Below, in pieces: positions 1 through 9,841 of a DNA stretch of 64,000 nt. The stretch is taken from assembly GCA_963804165.1 (NCBI GenBank), contig CAWDPO010000001.1, positions 1-64,000 on the forward strand, read 5' to 3'. Made by a program: the position numbers and the translations under genes. Position 1 is the first letter of the stretch. Each line of letters begins with the position of its first letter. The DNA comes from an uncultured delta proteobacterium. GTDB taxonomy: Bacteria > Desulfobacterota > Binatia > UBA9968. The notes under the pieces were generated by a model. That model was not told the DNA's origin and searched no databases. It saw only the letters and a program-made list of their open reading frames with translations.

Positions 1-3
1 CGA

Positions 4-1215
4 TCAACTGGCATTCGGCACAGAAACCTGATGGGAGAGAGTAATTTCCCGCCGCTCCGCAGCCGATTGCAGAATCGCGAGACAAACTTCCAGTGTGGCT
101 TGGCCCCATCGGCCATCGTGGAAGATCCGCCGATCATTCACAATGCCTTCGTAGAACTCCTGCAACTCGGCTTCTCTGGCGTCTATCCCCTTGGGAATAT
201 GTATTTCTCTCTTGCCGTCTTCATCGTAAATGAAAAGACCGTCGGGCGATTGGCGGATGTCTCCTCTTTCACAGGTCACAACCGTGAGGCCGAAAAATGG
301 TTGATGCTGTTTGCGCGGCCCGCTGTCGCCGCCGACCCACGCTCCCGGTTTCGAACCTCCATAGCGCCATTCTTCGAGGCGGCTCTCGAGTTGCTTGGCT
401 CGATCGGGTCCGCTGCCCAGGGACTTGAAAAATTTCCTGGCTTTGACGTGTCTCTCCGGATCTTTCTGTTCTCCGCCTTCGCCGATCCCCCAAGTCAACT
501 CACCGGTATCGAAGTAGGCGTAGCCGCTGTACACCAAATTAGCGGGCACACTGTCTTCGAACTCTAGGTAACAAGCGTAGTGTCCCTCGCCGGGACGAAA
601 AGGATTGCCGATGGCGGTCATGGCGCGCACGGTTTTTACCATGCCGCCGCCTAGAAGCCGAACGATGTCGACTTGATGGGGCCCCTGATTCAAAACCACC
701 CCTCGACTCATTTTAATATCGTGATCGGGAAACGGCCTGTAGATGTGGTCCTTGTAATAAGTAGTGCTGATCATCAGCAGCCTGCCGAGTGCGCCGCTCT
801 TGATGATCTCGCGCATTTTTCTGATCGGCGGATCGAAGCTGTGCGTGTGACCCGACATGAGCTTGACGCCGTTTTCTTCGGCTGCCGCATTCATCGCCCG
901 GGCCTCATCAATCGAGATCGCCATCGGCTTTTCCACGATCACGTGCTTACGCTTTTGCAGCGCCGCAATGGAATGGCGTGCATGAAACTCATGCGGCGTG
1001 GCCACGTAGACGGCATCGACGTTCGGGCTTTCGCACATCTCCTCGACGCTGTTATAGACATCGGCTTTGAATTCCTCGTGAAAGCGTTCCAGCGCGTGCT
1101 CGCGCAGGTCCGCCGCCGCGGTAAGCTGTATATAAGGTAGCCGCGCGATCTCCGGGATGAGCCGGCCGGCCGCCATGCCGAGTCCGGCAAAACCTAGTCT
1201 TAGGATTTCAGACAC
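4..1215 (-). CDS. Gfo/Idh/MocA oxidoreductase, phthalate cis-dihydrodiol dehydrogenase (OphB/Pht4)-like
   Basis: GxAGLG Rossmann start, VYVATP, VEKPMA, GHTHSFD and HDGRWG..TLEVC motifs; GTG start at 1215 after GGGAG; paralog at 38055. Confidence 0.85.
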   Translation of the reverse strand: MSEILRLGFAGLGMAAGRLIPEIARLPYIQLTAAADLREHALERFHEEFKADVYNSVEEMCESPNVDAVYVATPHEFHARHSIAALQKRKHVIVEKPMAISIDEARAMNAAAEENGVKLMSGHTHSFDPPIRKMREIIKSGALGRLLMISTTYYKDHIYRPFPDHDIKMSRGVVLNQGPHQVDIVRLLGGGMVKTVRAMTAIGNPFRPGEGHYACYLEFEDSVPANLVYSGYAYFDTGELTWGIGEGGEQKDPERHVKARKFFKSLGSGPDRAKQLESRLEEWRYGGSKPGAWVGGDSGPRKQHQPFFGLTVVTCERGDIRQSPDGLFIYDEDGKREIHIPKGIDAREAELQEFYEGIVNDRRIFHDGRWGQATLEVCLAILQSAAERREITLSHQVSVPNAS

Positions 1216-1312
1216 GAACAACTCCCAAATTATTTTTTACGATCTCGGACGCGAAATTTGCCCTCACGAAGGAAATCATTTCTAGAGCTGAAAAATCATG
1301 TCGGAGCAAAAA

Positions 1313-2773
1313 TCAAATTCCTTCAAACAAATCTTTCCACTTTGTGAAAATTCGCTGCCGCAGCTCCGGGCTATTGACGGCCACCGGCGGAAAATCATTC
1401 AGCCACTCGTAAGGCCGGCAGGCGTTGATCACGAGATTGTGCGCGCTGTAGCGCTTTCTTCCGGCTTTATCTGGGCTGGAACGGTCTTCCGGCGGGATCC
1501 TGGGATCCAGCTGCCAGACCGCTGTGCCGGGGATGACCTTGACGGCATGCTCCGGGATGCAGCGGGTGGCCAGCGCCCACAACACTTCTTCTGTATTGGT
1601 GATGTCAATGTCGTCGTCGACTAGGAACCAGATGTGATTGCCGCTGTACTGGTCGCCGCCTGGAACAAGAACACGAATCACGTCATCCACATGACCGGCG
1701 TACATCTGTTTTAAGCCCAAGACGCGCAGCCGCGGCTTGGCCAGAGTAAAGATCCCTTTGACACCCGGCACGCCTGCTCGTTTCAACTGTGCCATCGAAT
1801 CGAGATCCTCGTTTCCCAAGATGGCAAAATAATCGCCCCCGATGGGTCTGGAAGGCGGCGCGCCGAAAATGATCGGATCGTTTCGATGATAGATTGCTTT
1901 AACCTCGATAATAGTTTCCGGGCGTCGTCCATGAGCGTAATACCCGGTCCATTCACCGAAAGGCCCTTCCGGCATCATCACCTCGTCGGCCGAGGGAATG
2001 AAGCCTTCGATGGCGATTTCGCCAAAGGCGGGAATGGGGAGACCGGTGAACTCTCCGCGAACAATCGGATAGGGACTCTTATGCAGATAACCGGCGACTT
2101 CGAATTCCGAGACGCCGTCCGGCGAGTAGAAAAATCGTGAACCGGCCAGCACCGGCAGGATCGGCTCCTGGCCGACCGAAATGACCACAGGACATTTCTT
2201 TCCTCGCGCCCAGTACTTGCGGCGGATGACATCGCCGTGCTTGCCGTGTTCGATAAAAAGCGCGCCGGTTTTCCGGTCGTGGATGGCGACGCGGTAAGCT
2301 CCGACGTTGACGAAACCGCTGTCCGGGTCTTTTTGAATCACGCAGCATCCGGTGCCGATGTAGCGACCGCCGTCGTTTTCATGCCACTTCGGCGTCGGAA
2401 ACCGGTAAAGGTCGATGGCATCGTCCTTCAAAATGTTTTCCAGGATCGGTCCCGAACTAACTTCTTCGGGCGCCACCGGGCGGAACTCGGCCATGACCTT
2501 TGCGGCTCGTTCGGTCAAGCTCGTCGCGCCAGGCTCCAGATCCAGACCGAACGCGATGCCTGTCCGTTTTACGGTGTTGAACAAGTTCGCGGCCACCCGG
2601 TAGCCTTTGGGATAGTCTCGAATCTCATCGAAGAGGAGCGCCGGTCCGCTCCGCTCGACCATCAGCTCGGTGATGCCGCCGATGTCCTCCTCCCAACCGG
2701 CGCCGTTGATTCTTTTCAGCTCGCCCAGTCGGTCCAGAGTATTTAAATAATCGCGCAGGTCTCTCCAAAGCAT
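1313..2773 (-). CDS. UbiD family (prFMN-dependent) decarboxylase
   Basis: DLRDYL start, PALLF, DGGRYIGT, NVGAYR, EGPFGEWTGYY and VDDDID motifs. Confidence 0.9.
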   Translation of the reverse strand: MLWRDLRDYLNTLDRLGELKRINGAGWEEDIGGITELMVERSGPALLFDEIRDYPKGYRVAANLFNTVKRTGIAFGLDLEPGATSLTERAAKVMAEFRPVAPEEVSSGPILENILKDDAIDLYRFPTPKWHENDGGRYIGTGCCVIQKDPDSGFVNVGAYRVAIHDRKTGALFIEHGKHGDVIRRKYWARGKKCPVVISVGQEPILPVLAGSRFFYSPDGVSEFEVAGYLHKSPYPIVRGEFTGLPIPAFGEIAIEGFIPSADEVMMPEGPFGEWTGYYAHGRRPETIIEVKAIYHRNDPIIFGAPPSRPIGGDYFAILGNEDLDSMAQLKRAGVPGVKGIFTLAKPRLRVLGLKQMYAGHVDDVIRVLVPGGDQYSGNHIWFLVDDDIDITNTEEVLWALATRCIPEHAVKVIPGTAVWQLDPRIPPEDRSSPDKAGRKRYSAHNLVINACRPYEWLNDFPPVAVNSPELRQRIFTKWKDLFEGI

Positions 2774-2845
2774 GGTTCAACCCACTCGGAAACAGTCATT
2801 CGAACGCCTATCATTGCTCCGTCCTTGATCACTGCTGAAACCCAA

Positions 2846-4111
2846 TCACCGCGCTGCTTCCGCTTCCAGATGCTTGCAGTGCTCGCGCCAGTCTGTCGTG
2901 TTGGACACGACGCCATACCAGACAATCATGTCGGCGAAATGATTCAGCTCATTATCTCGAATCACATGTTGCGGATCGCGGCCTTCCCGGACGTCCGTGA
3001 TCGCCTTCAACAAGAGCTTACGCGCCGCCACGATCACTTTGTCGGATGAGACGAGATGTTCCCGTGTTCTATCCTGAATCGGTCCTTCACCCTCAACGAC
3101 GCAGGTGTCTTGGGCCGCGAAGCCGCCAATGCCGCTGTAGCTTTCCGTCGCCATCAAGCCGCGATCCTGCAGGTAGCGATTCGCCTTGCTGCGCGTCAAC
3201 TGGTAGTCCGGGGTCATCTCGGGGCGCGACCGATTGACGATTTTCATATCCAATGGCGCTTCTCTGTTGAACATGAAACTATATTTCCAATGGTGCGTGT
3301 CATCGATCGGCACGTGCCAATTCACCGAGTAGCCTGCTCTGGATTGTACCCCGCCGGGGAAGACCGTTAGGTTAGGTAGGACAAAATTCCAGATGCGCAG
3401 ATCTTTCTTATCATTTCCGACGGGGCAGCTACGGCAAAGCCTCACGCCAAATCCGGTTACTTCGGCGTTGATCGATTCGATTTCCGGAGCGACGCCTCTG
3501 CCGCCGCGAAAGCCCTGATAATCGGGAACTCCCGTGTGCCTTAAATTGTAGTTGGGATGGTGTAGAAAAGAACCATGAATCGGATCGATATTGCCTTCGT
3601 TGGCCTGGAGGTAATTGCAGGATTGCAAATATTTCGTGACCGAGCGCTGCTTTTCCGGAACCGAGAGAAACTCGTAGTTCGGCAGGAACGGTGGCTTGCC
3701 GTGACCCATATAGGCGAAGATCACTCCTCCTCGCTCCTCACAAGGATATGCTTTGTGACGAATCGAATCCCGAAAATTCTCTTCTCCTCCGGCCTCTCCG
3801 GGCATGTCGATGACCTTGCCGTGAATGTCATACAGCCAGCCATGATAGATGCATCTGAGCCCGCCATCCTCGACACGCCCGTAGCTGAGATCGGCGCCTC
3901 GGTGGGAGCAATGAAGAGCGAGCAACCCCGCCACGCGCTGTGAATCACGAAACAAGATCAGCTCTTCACCGAAAAGCTTGAGGCTCAGGGGCGCGCCTTG
4001 CGGCGGCAGTTCCGCGGAGAGCGCAGCGGGTTGCCAGTAGCGACGCAACATCTCGCCGCAAGGGGTGCCAGGATCGGTCTGGGTTAGTAGATCGTTTTCC
4101 TCTTTGATCAT
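2846..4111 (-). CDS. Rieske non-heme iron oxygenase alpha subunit (phthalate 4,5-dioxygenase-like)
   Basis: GTPCG.MLRRYWQP; Rieske CSH-x16-CIYH; mononuclear Fe motif EGNIDPIHGSFLH and AQD. Confidence 0.9.
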   Translation of the reverse strand: MIKEENDLLTQTDPGTPCGEMLRRYWQPAALSAELPPQGAPLSLKLFGEELILFRDSQRVAGLLALHCSHRGADLSYGRVEDGGLRCIYHGWLYDIHGKVIDMPGEAGGEENFRDSIRHKAYPCEERGGVIFAYMGHGKPPFLPNYEFLSVPEKQRSVTKYLQSCNYLQANEGNIDPIHGSFLHHPNYNLRHTGVPDYQGFRGGRGVAPEIESINAEVTGFGVRLCRSCPVGNDKKDLRIWNFVLPNLTVFPGGVQSRAGYSVNWHVPIDDTHHWKYSFMFNREAPLDMKIVNRSRPEMTPDYQLTRSKANRYLQDRGLMATESYSGIGGFAAQDTCVVEGEGPIQDRTREHLVSSDKVIVAARKLLLKAITDVREGRDPQHVIRDNELNHFADMIVWYGVVSNTTDWREHCKHLEAEAAR

Positions 4112-4120
4112 CGTCGCTCT

Positions 4121-4137
4121 ACCTCATTAAGTGAGAC
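4121..4137. promoter_or_regulatory. Weak copy of GTCTCA-N5-TGAGAC operator overlapping the Rieske gene RBS
   Basis: acctcattaagtgagac; no clear matching promoter upstream. Confidence 0.4.
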
Positions 4138-4217
4138 CTGGGTCATTCGTCTTTGTAACGAGTCTTGACCAATCTTGAGTCCACGTATTGAACGACTTGA
4201 ACCCATTTCAATCATTC

Positions 4218-5234
4218 TCAGCGCACTTGCCCTATGCCTTCTTGTTGGACACGGCGCACAAAACTGTTATCGACGAATTCCGCAAGATTGAGATCGCGCA
4301 GTTTTGGATTGCTTTCAGCCAACCCCGCGAGGTTTGCCTGCAGGTCATCCATGTTGGTGTAGGGGAACAATGGCATCGGATCGATATAAAGTTTGTAATT
4401 GAGCTCCAGCACGGAGGTGTCCTCCGTGCGCAGGTAGCGGCTGTATATGCGAATGACCTCCGGACGATTCTTCGGGTCCTTGCTCCACTGGGCGGCTTCT
4501 ATGAGAGCACGGGCGAATTTTTGTAGGACTTCCCGGTTCTGATCCCGGAAGCGGCGCGTCGTCATGAAAGAACTGCCGATGACGCGGATGCCCATTTCAA
4601 CGGCGTCACCCAGAGAATGGTAGGGAACCTTCGCGCGCTCGAATCGCTCCACCGTCGAGGCGACCGCGCTGACCATGCCAGACCGGAAGGCTGCCACTCT
4701 CTCCGACCCGCCGCCGGCAATCGACAAAAGCTCCACGTCGGCAGGTTTAAGGCCAAGCTTCTCCAGCATGCGTCGCGTCGCATAGTGACTTGAACCGCCG
4801 ATGCGATCGATGCCTATCCGCTTTCCTTTGAGCTCCTGCACGCTCTTGATCTGAGGCTGGACGATGAGCTTGTATTGCGTAGGTTCATTGCTCGCGATAA
4901 TGACCAAGTCCCCGCCGCCTGCGGCGGCCTGAGCCGCGGTCTCGGGACTGCCGGAATAAAGCGCTGTCTCTCCGGCGATCAACGCGGGAATTCCCGCCGC
5001 GGAGCTGGCGATGAAAATCAGTTCCGGCTGCAGTCCGTTGCGGCTGAAAAATCCTTTCTCCTGAGCGGTCCAAAGCGAGATCCGATTGCCGGTAATGGAC
5101 GCGTAGCCGATCTTGAGGCGGTCCGTCTTGGGCGCGCTCGCGGCAAAGAGCTGTGAAGTGCGCTGTAACGACAGGACCGCGATCAGGACGAGCAGTAAAC
5201 GACCGCTTGGCCGAAGCACTTTAATAAGCGTCAT
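4218..5234 (-). CDS. ABC transporter substrate-binding protein, SsuA/NMT1/THI5-like
   Basis: Signal peptide, LWTAQEKGFF..NGL, ELKGKRIG; ATGA overlap with the upstream gene. Confidence 0.8.
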   Translation of the reverse strand: MTLIKVLRPSGRLLLVLIAVLSLQRTSQLFAASAPKTDRLKIGYASITGNRISLWTAQEKGFFSRNGLQPELIFIASSAAGIPALIAGETALYSGSPETAAQAAAGGGDLVIIASNEPTQYKLIVQPQIKSVQELKGKRIGIDRIGGSSHYATRRMLEKLGLKPADVELLSIAGGGSERVAAFRSGMVSAVASTVERFERAKVPYHSLGDAVEMGIRVIGSSFMTTRRFRDQNREVLQKFARALIEAAQWSKDPKNRPEVIRIYSRYLRTEDTSVLELNYKLYIDPMPLFPYTNMDDLQANLAGLAESNPKLRDLNLAEFVDNSFVRRVQQEGIGQVR

Positions 5235-6184
5235 TCTAAATCCCAATAGCCGACACCCATGCCCATGATGGCGCTGTAAAATGCTTCATAGACGAGGTGT
5301 TGGGGTGCCGCTCCCGCGATCGCGCCGAGCAGAACGAGCCAGTTCTTCATTTCGAGTCCGCCGTTTTCGAGCAGCTCCTGCGCGCTCAACTCAACCAGTT
5401 TGGCGCCGTCGCCGCGTGAGATCAGCTGGATTGCGCTCTGATCAAAATCTACGCAGATAGAGCCCAAAGTATGCGAGCCCCGATAATGATGGAACGGGTA
5501 ACTCGATGGAAAGTGGGAGAGACCTCCCGAAGCGTACAGCGTAATGCGCTCGTGGCAGGGCAGGCCATCGACGATTTCTCTGATCGCCTCGCCCAGCCGG
5601 TAGCATCGCCGGGGCGTGATGCCGGGTAAATTAAATGCATTGACGAAGAGCAGCACCACCGGGATATCGGCGTCTCCCACTATAGTGCGCAGAATCTGGC
5701 AGTGAGCATGCGAGAGCAGCTCGTCATTAGGAAAAGAGCGCGAGAACGCGACGTCGAACTCGCGCTCCAAAAGACCGTTCAACAGTTTCTCGGCAAGCTC
5801 AGTGTGACAGCGATATACGGCGCCACGCTTGGTTCCGTTTTCACCCCGCTCGGTCAAAAATACTTTGTCGCCGAGGTAGAGCGATATCTGGGGCAGGTTG
5901 TCTTCGTGAAAGTTCTCCTCTTGATCGTCACCGATCAGAATAAGCGCGTCGGGTTTCTTTTCTCGGAGCCGTGCGCGCAGCAGGTCCAAACCTTGTCTCA
6001 CCCGGCCGTATCGTTGCTCGCAATCCTCCAGGCTTTCTTTGGCAATGTTCGGATTGACCGGCGCATCTTTGCCATGACGGCTTCCAAACCTCGCCCACGT
6101 TCTTTCCCGCATTTTGTCCCAGCCGCGTGGTTCAACCAATGCGTAAGCGTGGGAGGAGGCGAAGCCTGCGACGATTCGAGCCAT
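5231..6184 (-). CDS. LigB-fold (class III) extradiol dioxygenase, DesZ-like GDDQ subtype
   Basis: ASSHA, IGDDQ.ENF, SHAH, ASGGLSHF and E.KNW motifs. Confidence 0.8.
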   Translation of the reverse strand: MARIVAGFASSHAYALVEPRGWDKMRERTWARFGSRHGKDAPVNPNIAKESLEDCEQRYGRVRQGLDLLRARLREKKPDALILIGDDQEENFHEDNLPQISLYLGDKVFLTERGENGTKRGAVYRCHTELAEKLLNGLLEREFDVAFSRSFPNDELLSHAHCQILRTIVGDADIPVVLLFVNAFNLPGITPRRCYRLGEAIREIVDGLPCHERITLYASGGLSHFPSSYPFHHYRGSHTLGSICVDFDQSAIQLISRGDGAKLVELSAQELLENGGLEMKNWLVLLGAIAGAAPQHLVYEAFYSAIMGMGVGYWDLE

Positions 6185-6193
6185 GGGCCGATC

Positions 6194-6367
6194 TTACCCC
6201 GAGCGGTTCTGGCGTGAGCGGACGGGCCTGCCGGCACGGACGTCCTCGGTGATTTTGCGAGCGGCTTCAAGAATGCCGGCCATGGAATAATCGTACGCCG
6301 TCATGATGACGATTTTTTTCTTTTCTGCTTTCATCCTTTGAAGATCAGTGATTTTGACTCTTGCCAT
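6194..6367 (-). pseudogene. Internally deleted PanB-like gene (57 aa)
   Basis: N-terminus (KITDLQRMK.EKKKIV.MTAYD) fused in frame to the C-terminus (EAA...DVR.G.PVRSRQ) of the paralog at 14139. Confidence 0.8.
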
Positions 6368-6544
6368 AGGTGTTCTTCTTGCCGACAAACCGATTTCGCC
6401 TCCGCTATACCACGGGCGGTTTATATTAAAAAGTCGGACGCTGGTGCAATTTTGTCTTCTGCGCCATCGCCGGTTCAGGCCTATCCGTCAGGCCCGGCCG
6501 AGTGTGCGCTGATTTTTCTCCGTCCACAAATAGCGCTGGCTAGA

Positions 6545-7489
6545 TTATAAGTAGCCGTTCCTTTCGTAGTATTTTTTTGCGCCACGATGAAGAGGAATGG
6601 TGAGAGGTCCGCCGTCACTCCCTTGACAGAAATCCCGCATGGTCATCGGCCGCCGATCGAAGTGATCCACGGGAATCTGCTCGTGACACGAATCGATCGC
6701 CTCAGCCATTTTATAGGCGAAGTCCGGCGCAAGATCGCTTCGACACAGCAAAGGCCAACCGCTGAAGTCGACGGTAGCGATCGGCTCTTTGAGACCGGAA
6801 AATTCTTTGTTCGTTACCGGCGCGCTGGTGAAACCTAAGCGTTCCAACCTCTTGAGGACGTCCGCGCGGATCGGCAGAAAACGCATACCCGACTCGAGGG
6901 CTAAATCACCCCAACTCTTCAAGCCCTCGTCGAATACCGCGTCCGCTTCGCTGGAACGAAGGTGATGGCCGCGCTCCGGACTGCTCGGATTGCTCACGCG
7001 CATTATTTTACCACCCCATGATTTTATGTCGGACAACGAAAAACCGTATCCCTTCAACACTTCGTCGATGATGAACAGCGTCGACAAGAGACTTCCCGTC
7101 ATTCGCGTCGAGACTCGCAGCGGAAAGCGCTTCGCCTTGATCTCCTCGATCGAGTGAATCCCCGTATCCGCGCGGATCGCAAACACGAGACGGTCCCACG
7201 AAGGAAACACGCCGATGGCGCGCAGCGCCATCTTTTTCTTGTAGGAGCCGCGTCCCAGGTACGCCATTCTCGCCACGCCGGAAGGATTGGCAAAACCAAA
7301 ATGGAATTTTCCTCGGTCCACATTCACAGGAGCGTCGATTCCCGCTAATCGCCCATAGCCCATTGCCACGGTTATTTGCGAAGGTTCCGGTAAACGAAAT
7401 CGCGTATAAAAAGCGACCGCGATGCTCGCCGCGATCGCGGCTCGGCCTTTCGACGCGGTCGCGATAGAAAGCGAGATGTTTTTTGTCAC
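6545..7489 (-). CDS. TAXI-family TRAP solute-binding-like protein
   Basis: LRAIGVFPSWDRLVFA..ADTGIHS and C-terminal IPLHRGAKKYYE; GTG start after AAGGA. Confidence 0.7.
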   Translation of the reverse strand: MTKNISLSIATASKGRAAIAASIAVAFYTRFRLPEPSQITVAMGYGRLAGIDAPVNVDRGKFHFGFANPSGVARMAYLGRGSYKKKMALRAIGVFPSWDRLVFAIRADTGIHSIEEIKAKRFPLRVSTRMTGSLLSTLFIIDEVLKGYGFSLSDIKSWGGKIMRVSNPSSPERGHHLRSSEADAVFDEGLKSWGDLALESGMRFLPIRADVLKRLERLGFTSAPVTNKEFSGLKEPIATVDFSGWPLLCRSDLAPDFAYKMAEAIDSCHEQIPVDHFDRRPMTMRDFCQGSDGGPLTIPLHRGAKKYYERNGYL

Positions 7490-7511
7490 GGTTATGATTC
7501 CTTTTATCGTG

Positions 7512-8636
7512 TCAAGGCGCCTTGAGAATATTTTCCACACGCTTTCTGGCCTCGGCTCTGCCGCTGACCGCCCATTGCCAGTCGGCGTCGTCGAAATACT
7601 TCACCTCGGGGCGCGGAACGGTCTCGGATCTTAAAAATGACTCATCCGCGTCCGTACGTAGCGTCGCATATCCGCTCGCGCGTGAATAAATCTCCAGCGC
7701 CTCTTTGGAAACGATCCAGTTGGCGAAGACCCGCGCCGCGTTGAGATGAGGCGCTTGGTTTAGCAGCGTGAGCAGCCACGGCGCGCTCGTGAGCGTGCCC
7801 GGCATGTCCGTTAACTCGAAAACTTCTAAAAAATTGAAACCCTCCTGCTGCAACACCTTGAGGTCGTCGTCGCGACAGTCGAGGCAGATCGGATAAGTAC
7901 CCCGCGCGAGCCAATCCGCCATCTGCCTGCGTTCGCGCGACAGCACCAGTTTTTGTTCTTTGTAAAATTTACGCACGAACTCCTCGCCCAACTGTACATA
8001 TAACCTAGCGGCCTTGTTGGCTCCGCCGCCGCCCAAAATCGGATCCTCGGCCGAGATCTTTCCTCGCCATTTGGGATTCAGGAGATCTTTCGAACTACGC
8101 AGTTCTGCCGGCTTGACGTGATCGCGGTTGACGTGGAAAAGGCTGGCGATGCTATTGAAGGGACGCAGAACGTAGCGCTCTTCGGGATCCGGAAACCAGA
8201 GTCTACCCTTCTTCCATTTGGACGAATCGACCACCTCGGGCAAAATCAGCGCGGGCTTCAACGGATCGAGCATCTTGTTCGGATAGAGAATGTTGGCAAC
8301 GGTGTTGATGCCGGCCATGAAGATATCCGTCGAATAAAGTTTGACATTTCTTTCCGTACCGAGCCGGGCCACGATCTGGCTCGCGCCGCCGGCGGTGTAC
8401 TGCACCGGGATGCCAAAACGCGCGGTAAATTTCGGGATGATCTCATTGCGCATCACGGGATCCGGAGAGCCCGCCACCACGACCGTGCCTTCCTTCTTGG
8501 CCGAATCGACCGTGCGCTTCCACTCCGCTTCGCCGCCCGGCTTTGAATCAGCTGCGCCAAGCGAGAGCGTCGAGTGAAGAAGCAAGGTCCCAAAGAGGAT
8601 TGCGAAAAATAAATGAACAGCAGCGGCGATTTTCAT
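7512..8636 (-). CDS. Extracellular solute-binding protein (Fe3+/thiamine/polyamine cluster type)
   Basis: Signal peptide, AKKEGTVVV, DLLNPKWRGKI, APH.NAARVF.NW. Confidence 0.8.
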   Translation of the reverse strand: MKIAAAVHLFFAILFGTLLLHSTLSLGAADSKPGGEAEWKRTVDSAKKEGTVVVAGSPDPVMRNEIIPKFTARFGIPVQYTAGGASQIVARLGTERNVKLYSTDIFMAGINTVANILYPNKMLDPLKPALILPEVVDSSKWKKGRLWFPDPEERYVLRPFNSIASLFHVNRDHVKPAELRSSKDLLNPKWRGKISAEDPILGGGGANKAARLYVQLGEEFVRKFYKEQKLVLSRERRQMADWLARGTYPICLDCRDDDLKVLQQEGFNFLEVFELTDMPGTLTSAPWLLTLLNQAPHLNAARVFANWIVSKEALEIYSRASGYATLRTDADESFLRSETVPRPEVKYFDDADWQWAVSGRAEARKRVENILKAP

Positions 8637-8782
8637 GGCTCGGGCTCCACAGTAGCTATCCAATCCATGATGGGCTGTCAATTGGATCTCGTGAATGACC
8701 TGCAAAATACTGCAAACAGCAGACGGTTTGCATGTTTTTTAGATGCGACTCGGACTTTCTGTGCCGGGACAATCAGCGATGC

Positions 8783-8840
8783 TTGACAGTTTACGGAAAG
8801 CCGAAGTAGTGTTGTGATACTCTGTCTTAGATTGTGAGAC
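8783..8840 (+). promoter_or_regulatory. Sigma70 promoter plus palindromic operator
   Basis: TTGACA(8783)-N18-TAGTGT(8807)-N11-gtcttagattgtgagac(8824-8840). Confidence 0.7.
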
Positions 8841-8997
8841 ACACATTCCGTACTGCGACAAGCAGAACGAGGCGGTTCAAGCACCGGACCTTTTGTAGAC
8901 GCAATCTAGATGTAGCCGAGCGCGAGCAGCAGCGCTCGCCGCGTCGCCGGACGGATGAGCACAGCGAGGGCTTAAAGCGCCCTGGGAGGAGTTTGCT

Positions 8998-9810
8998 ATG
9001 GGAACATTAGCCGAAGACATCGAAAGAACGCGTGGCCTATACCAATCCATCAAGACACCTTGGAAGCGGCCGCGTTTCCCCGATCCGCCAACTGAATTCC
9101 TCGCGCCGGAAAAATTTCTCGAGCTCGCCAAAGAAGCCGTCCTGGTGCACCATACGAAGATCAATCATCCCTTCTGCGTCAAATTATTTCGCGGCGAGTG
9201 GACGGTGAAGCAGCTGCACGGTTGGATCAAGCAGGAATATCACGCCGTCATGCAGACGCTGAGAAACGACGCGAATATCGTCGCCAACGCGGGAACGCTG
9301 GCCGAGATCCGCGAGCAACTGGGCGTGCTGATCGAAGAAGCGGGCGAAGATATCTGCGGCGGTAAGTACCCGGCGCACCCGGAGCTCTTTGTCAGAATGG
9401 GCGAGGGACTCGGTTTGAAGCGAGAGGTGATTATCAACTCCGAGCCGTCCGCGCTGATGCAGTTGATCATCGATGAAGAGCGCTATCGAGGGTTGCGCCT
9501 GACGATCGGAGGCTTGCCATCCAATCTGCGCCTCGGCGAAAGGATTAACGCTCTGGTTTTCGCGATTTGGGCGGAGGTTTTACGCGATAAGTATCATGTC
9601 CCCGAGAAGGCCCTGGATTTCTTTCACGCTCACGCGGTCGATGAGGAACATGGAAAAGTCGGCGAGCGGGTTATCATGAGCCGGGCCACGACCAAGGAAG
9701 CTCAAACCGACATATGGATGAGACTGAAGAAAGGCCAGGCTAAGCAATGGATCAACTACGACGCTTATTATGAAGCGGCCGAGATGGCCGACGAAGAAGT
9801 CCTCGGATGA
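8998..9810 (+). CDS. Heme-oxygenase-like diiron oxidase (PqqC/CADD/TenA fold)
   Basis: NHPF, W.KQEY, LIEEAG...PAHPELF..MGEGLGL, FFHAHAVDEEHG (E/H and H/D/H ligand set). Confidence 0.75.
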   Translation: MGTLAEDIERTRGLYQSIKTPWKRPRFPDPPTEFLAPEKFLELAKEAVLVHHTKINHPFCVKLFRGEWTVKQLHGWIKQEYHAVMQTLRNDANIVANAGTLAEIREQLGVLIEEAGEDICGGKYPAHPELFVRMGEGLGLKREVIINSEPSALMQLIIDEERYRGLRLTIGGLPSNLRLGERINALVFAIWAEVLRDKYHVPEKALDFFHAHAVDEEHGKVGERVIMSRATTKEAQTDIWMRLKKGQAKQWINYDAYYEAAEMADEEVLG

Positions 9811-9841
9811 TTTTCTGCGGTACGGCGCACTCGTGAAGCTG

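Noticed and set aside
1234-1250. Possible operator tttttacgatctcggac before the dehydrogenase
   Set aside because: Too many mismatches and no associated promoter cassette
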